NCBI GenBank assembly: GCA_965216325.1
Contig: OZ244160.1
Coordinates: forward strand, 1,120,001-1,184,000
DNA length: 64,000 nucleotides
Reading direction: 5' to 3'
Source: Coraliomargarita sp.
Lineage (GTDB): Bacteria > Verrucomicrobiota > Verrucomicrobiia > Opitutales > Coraliomargaritaceae
Shown here: positions 22,407 to 31,600 of the stretch, piece after piece
How the letters are laid out: the number at the start of each line of letters is the position of its first letter
Position numbering within the stretch: the stretch's first letter is position 1
Program-made: the position numbers and the translations under genes
The notes under the pieces: model-generated
Databases searched by the model: none
Told to the model about the DNA's origin: nothing
The model's input: the letters and a program-made list of their open reading frames with translations, nothing else

Positions 22407-24320
22407 GTGCGCCCGGCAGGGCGCACTTACTCGACAGTGATTATTAATGGAAATTGATGAAAGTCTGTTACTCGCCCGGCAAGGGGAAGAGTTAGCCGAA
22501 GGGCAACTGCGGCATCGCGAGGTGTTCGTGGGAAGGAAGCCTATGGCAAAGCACTGGCCTGACGAACAGGAATCGCATAAGAGGCGTTTGCGTTGGATGA
22601 GGAGGCACAGAACTTCAAAGTCCGAAACTTGCCCGGAAAGCGCAGGCGTATATGCGGCAGGCATAAGTGTGACGGTAAGTGCGCATTACCCGGGGAGGTC
22701 TCTGAACATGCTACTGGCTACCAGTGTCGCGAGGCACTGGGATGTGTTTAGAGAAGTCAGCCGAGATCATAGTAGCCTGCACAGGTCGCGGGCGAAGGAT
22801 CGAACCGAAGAACGACAACAAGGACTGAGACCATGAGCGAGAGCAGGGAAGCAGAAGCTGGCGGCACCACCCGTCAGACCCGCGTGGAAGGAACCGGACG
22901 GCATCTGGGGCGAGTCCATGCGGGCGCATCAAGCGCGCCATTGGCCTTGGAGAACCGAGTTGCTCACCAATACGACCTGATTCGACAGGTGACCGAGCGC
23001 GGCAATATCAAAGCCGCGTGGAAGAAAGTGCGCCGCAACGGCGGCAGAGCGGGCATCGACGAGCGCGACATGGAAGCCAGCCTGGCGTATCTAAATGCGC
23101 ACTGGGAGCAGATCGAATCGCAGTTGCTGACCGGGAGGTATCGTCCCCCGGCAGTGCTGCGTCTGGAGATCAAAAAGCCGGGCGGGGGCACCCGCAAGCT
23201 GGGCGTTCCCACGATCGTTGACCGTGTGTTGCAACAAGCGGCCTTGCAGATACTCAGCCCGATCTTCGACCCCCTGTTCAGCGAACACAGCTACGGGTTC
23301 CGCCCCGGACGCAGCGCAGGACAAGCGGTCGAACAGGCGCAAAAGTATCAGCACGAAGGCAAGAACTGGGTCGTGGACATGGACTTGAAGGCCTTCTTCG
23401 ACGAAGTGAACCACGACCTGCTGATGGCGCGGGTGCGCCGTCATGTGAAAGACAAAGCCATGCTCAAACTGATCCGCTCCTGGCTTAAAGCTGGAGTGAT
23501 GATCGGCGGGCTGGTTCAACCCACGGAGAAAGGCACGCCTCAGGGTGGGCCGCTCTCTCCACTGCTGTCCAACATCATGTTGGACGATCTGGATAAGGAA
23601 CTGGAGAAGCGCGGCCATAGCTTCTGCCGCTACGCGGACGACTGTAACATTTACGTCGCCACGCAGCGCAGCGGCGAGCGTGTGCTCGCTTCGATCACGA
23701 ACTATTTGGAGACCAAACTGAAGCTGAAGGTCAACCACCTCAAAAGCGCGGTGGATCGTCCGAGCCGCCGGATCTTCCTCGGCTACAGCTTCACTGGGGG
23801 CAAGCATAGCCGCATTCGCGTGCCCAAACAGACGACTCAAAAGATGAAGTCCAAGCTGCGGAAACTCTGCCGCAAAGGGCGCGGGCGCAACCTGCGCCGC
23901 TTCATCGCTGAGACGCTCAATCCAGTGCTACGCGGCTGGACGAACTACTTCCGCCTGAGTCAGACGAAAACCTTCGCCGGGGAACTGGACGAATGGTTGC
24001 GACATCGCTTGCGGTGCATCCTCTGGCGACAGTGGAAACGTCCCCACACCCGCTACAGGAAGCTGGTGCAGCTTGGGCTCAGCCCCGAATGTGCACGCAA
24101 AAGCAGCTACAACGGACGCGGGGCGTGGTTTAACAGCGGAGCCTCTCACATGAACCAAGCCCTCCCACGCAAAGCCTTCACGCAAATGAAGCTCCTATCT
24201 GTCTATGATTTGCTCGAATTGATGAGAGCCGAAATCCTTCTTCGGAACCGCCGTGATACGTGAACCGTACGTCCGGTGGTGTGAGAGCTTGGAGCGGGCA
24301 ACCGCTCCAAGCTACTCGAT
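22407..24320 (+). mobile_element. Group II intron, class IIC (complete ribozyme plus RT ORF)
   Basis: 5' GTGCGCCCGGCA; TTACCCGGGGAGGTCT and AGAAGTCAGCCGAGATCATAGTA landmarks; domain V GAACCGCCGTGATACG..CGTACGTCCGGTGGTGTGAGAG with CGC triad; domain VI hairpin ending CTACTCGAT; inserted 2 nt after a terminator T tract. Confidence 0.93.
22833..24263 (+). CDS. ltrA: Group II intron reverse transcriptase/maturase without an HNH endonuclease domain
   Basis: RKLGVPTIVDR, SYGFRPGRS, GTPQGGPLSPLLSNI, RYADD, domain X LRGWTNYF; stop codon lies in domain V; true start uncertain. Confidence 0.95.
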   Translation: MSESREAEAGGTTRQTRVEGTGRHLGRVHAGASSAPLALENRVAHQYDLIRQVTERGNIKAAWKKVRRNGGRAGIDERDMEASLAYLNAHWEQIESQLLTGRYRPPAVLRLEIKKPGGGTRKLGVPTIVDRVLQQAALQILSPIFDPLFSEHSYGFRPGRSAGQAVEQAQKYQHEGKNWVVDMDLKAFFDEVNHDLLMARVRRHVKDKAMLKLIRSWLKAGVMIGGLVQPTEKGTPQGGPLSPLLSNIMLDDLDKELEKRGHSFCRYADDCNIYVATQRSGERVLASITNYLETKLKLKVNHLKSAVDRPSRRIFLGYSFTGGKHSRIRVPKQTTQKMKSKLRKLCRKGRGRNLRRFIAETLNPVLRGWTNYFRLSQTKTFAGELDEWLRHRLRCILWRQWKRPHTRYRKLVQLGLSPECARKSSYNGRGAWFNSGASHMNQALPRKAFTQMKLLSVYDLLELMRAEILLRNRRDT

Positions 24321-24370
24321 GCAAGGTTCAGTTGGAGATCCCCCGTTGAGCGCAGTTTGGTTTGCGGGGT

Positions 24371-25420
24371 TTACGAGCTTTTTCCCGCTTTCACACTTGG
24401 ACCGTTAACCCAGACGCTTTCAATTTGCACAATCTGTGGGAATTCGAGCGAACCGAATTCATTTTTCTGCAGCTGGCCGGCAACCAGATCAACGCCTGCG
24501 CGACCGACAACGCGATTGTTCTGGCGCATCCCAGCAATGTGGGGAATGCCATCATGCCAATCCAGATGAGCTAGGCCCAATTTGCGTGGAATTGAAACCC
24601 CTGCATCAGCCAGTGCGTCGTATAGCTCCGTCTTGTTCGTGATGACTACGTCCGGTTGCTGCTTGCTGATCGCTTCGATCGCTGCATCCAAATCTTCGAC
24701 GTCCAGAGGAAGTGGCACCAGAGTGTTATCCGGGCTTAACTGTCGGGTCGCGCTCATAAATCCAGCGCTGAATTTATCGTCTAGCAACTGGTCGTCCTCA
24801 GGAGGAACTGCGAGCATCGGCCGTTTATAGCCTAGGCTAAGGACCCGTTGTGTTGCACGGCGTGCCGTCAGGTATTGGTCGTTACTTGCACAATTCAGGT
24901 GGTCGTTGAAATGGGTCACCCCGATCACCGCACAGGCGAAACTAAACCAGAATTCCGCGTAACTCTCATGGATCTTATCCTTATCCAGTGATGCAATCAG
25001 AATCAGGCCGTGTATGCCCCGCGTCTGCAGAATTTGCTTCAAGCGCTGCGGCCGCATGTCCGGTTGGTGGAGCCAGAACTCTTCAATGCCATACCCGAGT
25101 TGCTCCGCCCGAGTCAGGACGCCCTGTCGTAGGCGCCGAAAGGTGTGATTCACGGAAAGGTTCTTGTGTGGCGAGCAGTTGATCAGCCCCAGGTTTGCTT
25201 GGAAATTGGGTTGTCGCCCGGCGCGAAGTTGAGCCATAAGCGAGTCCACTACGGGGTTGCGCTGGTAGCCCATCTGGTCGGCGATCTTCTGAATGCGCTC
25301 GCGCGTGGCTTCTGGAATCCGTGGATCGTTGCGTAATGCCAGCGACACGGCAGATTTGCTCACGCCGGCAGCGTCGGCGATTTGCTGCATATTGGGACGA
25401 GGCTTGTTTGATTTTGCCAT
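24371..25420 (-). CDS. LacI-family transcriptional regulator, probable regulator of the alpha-glucan locus
   Basis: MQQIADAAGVSKSAVSLALRN HTH, GYQRNP hinge, periplasmic-binding-protein-like C-terminal domain. Confidence 0.92.
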   Translation of the reverse strand: MAKSNKPRPNMQQIADAAGVSKSAVSLALRNDPRIPEATRERIQKIADQMGYQRNPVVDSLMAQLRAGRQPNFQANLGLINCSPHKNLSVNHTFRRLRQGVLTRAEQLGYGIEEFWLHQPDMRPQRLKQILQTRGIHGLILIASLDKDKIHESYAEFWFSFACAVIGVTHFNDHLNCASNDQYLTARRATQRVLSLGYKRPMLAVPPEDDQLLDDKFSAGFMSATRQLSPDNTLVPLPLDVEDLDAAIEAISKQQPDVVITNKTELYDALADAGVSIPRKLGLAHLDWHDGIPHIAGMRQNNRVVGRAGVDLVAGQLQKNEFGSLEFPQIVQIESVWVNGPSVKAGKSS

Positions 25421-25421
25421 A

Positions 25422-25521
25422 TTCGACAGTTGAACTTAGCTACGCTAGCCCTGCAAGTAAAGGGTATATTCAACAGTTGAGTTGTCGCAAGTAATCGCAA
25501 TTCGGTCGTTGAACTGTTGAA
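25422..25521. promoter_or_regulatory. Three candidate operators between the LacI gene and the giant amylase
   Basis: TTCGACAGTTGAA (25422-25434), TTCAACAGTTGAG (25469-25481), TTGAACTGTTGAA (25509-25521). Confidence 0.7.
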
Positions 25522-25610
25522 TCCCCCTGACGCTTTCGCTGATATGTATTTGATCTAGTCTGCCTTCCAATCTGCTCCAGATCGCGTATACTAGTATCTC
25601 CCCTGTTCAC

Positions 25611-28600
25611 ATGCCCCGAATTCGACTACTCTTGCTCCTGCTCCTGATTTGCAAACTCGCTACAGGCGAGGCGATGCTGCAGTATTTCAATACTAGCTGG
25701 GCAGAGATTACCCGTAAGATGCCGGAGTTGGCTGAGGCCGGTTATTCGTCCTTGTGGCTCCCTCCCCCAACCAAGGGTAGCGGTGGATTATCGGTCGGGT
25801 ATGACATGTGGGACCCCTTTGACCTTGGCAGCAAAGACCAGCGCGGGTCGGTGCGAACCCGCTATGGCACCGAAGCCGAACTTCTTGAGCTCGTAGAAAC
25901 GGCCCACCGCTTCGGCATTCGTGTGTATTTTGATAACATCATGAATCACCGGGCCTTTGATATCCCCGGCTTTAACGAGACGACACCGATTGACATCTAT
26001 CCTGGACTGGTTCCCGAAGACTTCCACCTGCGCCGCACTCAAGAGGGGTTTTATCGTAAGTGGGATAACACCCGTGATTGGAACAGTGCATGGCAGGTGC
26101 AGAACCTCGGACTCGCCGATCTGATTGATATCGCTCAGGAGCCCGGCACGACTAATCTGAATTTTGGCGAAACCGAAGGTAGCACCTTTCCAAAGATTAA
26201 ATTCATTCGAGACTATGAGCGGCCCGAGCACTACGCCTATGACAAGGATGGCAATTATGTTGGCTTTGGTGGTTTGCTGCCACTGGCAGAGGGCTTATTG
26301 AATGACGAGGGCAATCCAAGCCCGAGTGATGTTCAAATTAAAGTTCGCGCACAGCAATATCTGTCCGACAACGCAGGTGTATACGAAGAGTATGTCGAAG
26401 ACTACCTCCATCGCGCTGCTCGCTGGAAGATGGACCGCACCAAGGCCGACGGCCTTCGCCTAGACGCGGTAAAACACATCCGTGCTGATTTCTTCGGCGC
26501 AACCTTTGGTGCGGACAAAGACAGCAGCGATTACGGCTATCTCGGTCAGGTTCAACGTCAGTTCAACATCACCCGCGGCTTTAGCGACGCAAATCATCGC
26601 GACACTGTCTTTGAAACTGAAAATCCACGCGACGATGCGATGGTCTTTGGTGAGCACCTTGGAGAACCCCCAGGCTATAGCCCCTACGTCGATGCGGGCA
26701 TGCGCCTAGTCGATAATCCCTTGCGGCAACAGTTCAATGACCGTCTCGGAAGCCCGTGGAACGGCTTGAATGGATTTGACAACCCCGGCTGGGGTGGTTT
26801 TGCGCCAAGCGTCGCGGTCATGCACGCGCAGAGTCACGACAATGATTACGCCTCACGAAGAGAACTCCAGCATGCCATGTATTTTACTCGCGCGGGTCTG
26901 GGGCTCCTCTATACCGACGGGAACTATCAAGCGGAGACACTTGGTGAATCCGGCGGTGCGTTCCCGCGCCACTCGAACACATCCTTCTTAGGCCAGTGGG
27001 ATGATGATCGAGTGCCGAACATTCTGTATATCCACGAGCAATTTGCCCGCGGTTACCAGCAAGGCAAGTGGTCGGACGACGATGTTGTCATCTACGAGCG
27101 CGTCGACAAGCGTGAGAACGGGGGCATGAGCGATGCCGACGGCGTCACCATGCTGTTCATGCTGAATGACAACTATGCAACCGGCCATGGCCGCAACTTT
27201 ACCACCAGCTTCCCAAGCACTGCGGGGGGCTCGGACGCCTACCTCTACAATTACTCCAGCTATGGCGGAGGTTTTTACACCTACGCATCGAACATCGTAA
27301 ATGGTTCTACTGTGATCCCTGCGGGTGGCTACTTCGTCTTCTCTTGGAAAAACCCGGATCCATCCAATCTATGGCAGAATTCTGACGGTCGCCCCATTAC
27401 GATCTATCAAGATGGCGTTGAAGTCGGCACGGTGGATGTGCTGCGTCGCGATGGCCCGAACGGCGATGCCGACTTCCATGGCGATACCCTTCCCTTTAGC
27501 GCACGTCCCATCATCAGCAACCCGGAGAGTGATGACTACGCTTACACCGCAACCATCCCACGCATCACGGACGGAACCCAAGTGCGCTTCGTGTCTCGTA
27601 GTGATGGGTCGACGGAGAACGTTCTAATGCGTCTTGATGGTGGCGTTGATCTGAATGATATCAATCACTCCGGTGGCGATCCGCGGGATAATCCACCAGC
27701 ACTCGCAACCGATTTGTTCCTCGGCTATGAGCAGGTAAGTTTCGTGGATCGGATTGGCCCCGAGAAATTCGCTGCGATTGATACCGCGCGTTGTATCTTT
27801 GGTTCTGCAGGTGCGGAAACTTACGAAGCTGGCGCAGCAACAACTGACGGCTTCGGCGCAAACCCGCAGGATGGCGATGCAGCGACTTTTGTCTTTCATG
27901 ATCCCACCGCGAACTTCGAAGGATGGGTTCCACTCGATGGCTCCCTTGCGACTGCGACACAACTGGATCAGTCCGGTGGATCGACAATTATCTGGGCGAA
28001 GACCAACAGCGTTGGTGCAGGCTTCAAGGCATATGTCTACTACACAACGGATGGATCGAACCCAGAAGGTGCAGCTGGCTGGGGCCGTGGCACCACGCGG
28101 GTTGAGGAAGCCTTCTACGTAGAGCCTAATACTGCTGGCGGCGACAACTGGTGGCGCGCGGAAATCGACCCAACACCAGCGGGAGCACTTAAATACAAAA
28201 TCGGCGTCTATAAGAGCGGTCTTTCCAGTATCTTTCCAAGCGGAGCATCTGAAGTCGCTCGCAAGGGCAATATGATGACGATTTTCGAAACTTCCGAGCG
28301 TGACCTCACTTCGGTAACGGTTCGCCCTCACGCGGACTATGGTGCTTCCGAAACAGGCCTAAAAGAAGGCATGCACATCATCACCGCACGCACCTTCCTG
28401 CAACGCCCGAACCGCGCCTCAATCTACAACACCTTCAAGCAAACTTTCTACTACGACACAGAGCGCCCTCAGGGTGAAGTCCGATTCCCGGAAAACAATG
28501 GTGACCAAGTTGGTGGCTCAAGTTACAGAGTTGTTGTGCGCACCGACGCAACAGTCGAAGAGGTCTGGTATCGTATTGAGGATTCGGATACGAGCAATGA

Positions 28601-31600
28601 CGACATCGAGACTGGCGCTTCAAACGGAAATGGTGTTGGCTTCGAGCCATTCATTGACGCCGATCAAGATGGCACTCGCGACGAAGGCGAAAGCTACGAA
28701 GACCTCAACGGCAACGGAGCTTGGGATAATAACCTGACCGAAAATTGGGCCCGCGCCTCTGAACTCACTCCAAGCCTGAGTGTCGAACCTTCCGATTCCA
28801 GCTACCGCAAGGAATGGCGTTTCGATTACGTGAACATTCCTCCGACAGGCAGTGCAGACATTAAGGTCCGCTTACGCGAGTTATCTTCCAGCGAGTTTGT
28901 CGACTTTAGCCTGAGTGATGCGGATGGTCATTACACCACGCTGACTCGCACAGTGAATACCGCGGGACCAAACGAACGCATGTTCATCGCCTTCCCCGGG
29001 CAGGATCGTCAGGTTGTAAGCGATGACTACATTATGAAGGTCTACTTCACGAAGTCGCTAGCGGATGGTTTGAGCGAGCAACAACTCATTGATCGCTTCC
29101 TAATTACGATTGGTTCTACTGAACCGGGAGATGCCGGCGTCACCCAAAGCCGTGACGATTACTCGATCGTTTATAACGAAACCAGCGAGTATCATGCCTT
29201 AGCCTTTGATCTGCCGAATCTCTACAACGACATTCCGGAATACGACCATAAGATTGTCGTTAGCCACGATCGGCCATCGCCTGCAACTGACTTCGAGGCA
29301 ACCCGAATTGTGCGTGCCTTACCGGTCACGACTCCTCGTGTCCTGATCGTTAACCCTCCCGAACTCGGACCCGACGGTCGTCCATTTGACATTATTCTCC
29401 CTGACGTCGCGAATCCAGCACCGGAAGATCGTCAGTTTACGATTCAAGTGGCTACCAATCTAGATGCGACCAATGTGACGCTCAACTTTGTTGACTTGAA
29501 GGGCAGCCTTATCGCCGCTCCGACGACCTTCGATGAAGGCAGCAGCAAATTCTGGAATTTCATCTGGTCGGATATGGTCGAAGGCAGCTTCCGCTTCACT
29601 GCGACAGTCACTGCTCCTGGTGGCTCCGCAACTGCAGACAGAAACACCACCGTCATCTTCCGAGAGAAAGTCGAGGAAGATGAGCTCGACGCTGATGACG
29701 ATGACGACGGACTCCTCGACATTGACGAAAATACTGCGCAAGTCTTCCCAAACCAAAGTCCGGATGGTGGAATCACCCCACCCGCCAAGCCGAACCCTGA
29801 GCAATGGACCAACGGCGAAGTGCACATCGTCTACGCTTATGGAAAATCCAGTCCGACCTCACCTGATACCGACGGTGATGGCTTACCGGATGGGCTTGAA
29901 GTCGGTTGGCGCAACACCAGCGGTGATCCTCCGACTGATGTTGTCGCAGATACCGACGGCGATGGATACCCGAATTTCATCGGCGACCTCGATCCGCCAT
30001 TCTTCAATACGCTGGATAACTTCGGTAGTGTGCCGGATGTCGACAGTCAGAGCTTAGGTGGTGACCGCGGCAAGCAAGTCGCAGGCACCATGACGGACCC
30101 ATCCAATCCAGACTCCGACTACGACGGCATTTCCGATGGTGTGGAGGATGCGAACCGCAACGGCTGGGTTGATGGTGATGGCGAGATTATCCCCGTCGAC
30201 TTCAACCCTTGGCTCGGACGCGACTGGCCTGATGGCGTCATCGACCCAGGTGAGACATGGACCGAAACCGATCCGAATAACAGCGATACAGACGGTGACG
30301 GTGCCAGCGATGGCTACGGCGAGGACAAGAACTTCGACGGTGTTATTGAGGGCGACATCAGCGGCGACCGTATTTACAACTCAGGTGAAGAATGGTCTGA
30401 AACGGACCCTCTCAACGCCGACACCGACGGTGATGGACTGCCCGACGGTTGGGAAATCGACAATGGCCTCGATCCGCTGGATAATGGGACCGATAACTTA
30501 CGGACCGCTGCTGCAGCCGATGGCGATCCAAACCAAGGTGGCTTAGGTGACCCAGATGGTGATACCTTTACCAATGCGCAAGAATTGGTGAACGGCACCC
30601 GCCCTCGAGTGGACGACAATGTGCCACCACCGCCGGCCAACTCGATCATCATCGGTCCAGGCGGCGACGACTCTGTTGGTAAAGCCGGGAATCTGAACGA
30701 GTTCACCGATTGGACGATTGATGACCTTCTTGTCCTCGACGAATACGATGGCAATGGCACCAACAATCAAGGCACCGACATATACAAAGCCTACGACGGC
30801 TTTGACAGCTCGCGTGACATTGTCGCGTTCTACTTCCGCGATGGCGGTGGTGATGGAAAACTCTACTTCCGCCTCGACATGCACGACCTGCAAGCCTTCG
30901 CCGAAGAAGGTAACCTAGATGCCTATGTTGTCATCGACACCGGCAACACTGCTGTCGGTGAATCCGCGCTCCCTGAAGCGGTCGACACGCGCACTGAAAT
31001 GAAGTGGGAACTTGTCGTTGCGGTCTATCAGGCAGACAATGGGGCCGTCTATATCGACACTGACTCCGGAGACAACACCACAGTAATTGGTGAAGACCTG
31101 TTCAGCAAGGGTGTCGTTCGCCGCACGCAGGCAGACGCAAATGGCTTTGGCCAGGCTTACTTCAATTCCGAACTCGATGCCTTTGAGTTCTCGATCAGTC
31201 GCCAAGCACTGCTGGACGCTGGCTGGAACGGCAACGCAGATACCTTGAACTTTCAAGTTTACACCGTTCGCGATGGTATCGACAACAGTGGCCCGGGCCT
31301 CGGTGACATTGGCGGACGTAGTGACATTCGTGATACGATCTACGATGACTTTATCGCCTCTGCTTATTTCAGGGACCAAAGCAGCATTGGCGGTGATAAG
31401 AGCGTTCTCTACAGCTGGTTTAGTCGTAGTGGCGCGAATGATCGTGGCAAGCGCGCTAAAGTGGCCTTGCTGACTCATGGCAACCAACCAATCCGTTCCG
31501 CGAATGAAATGCACCTGCGTATCAACGATGGTTCCGGTGCTGGCTACTACCGAATGGTCGATGCCCATGAAGCCTTTAATCGTCCTGTTAATCTACACAT

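Noticed and set aside
22447..22836. 129-aa ORF upstream of the RT
   Set aside because: It lies inside intron RNA domains I-III and has no protein motifs.
23091..23840. 249-aa antisense ORF over the RT, and similar long shadow ORFs over the giant amylase
   Set aside because: Expected antisense open frames in GC-biased coding DNA; no motifs.
22833..24263. RT as a retron, DGR, CRISPR-RT or defence RT
   Set aside because: Group II boundaries, domains V/VI and maturase domain X are all present; there are no template/variable repeats, msr-msd or cas genes.
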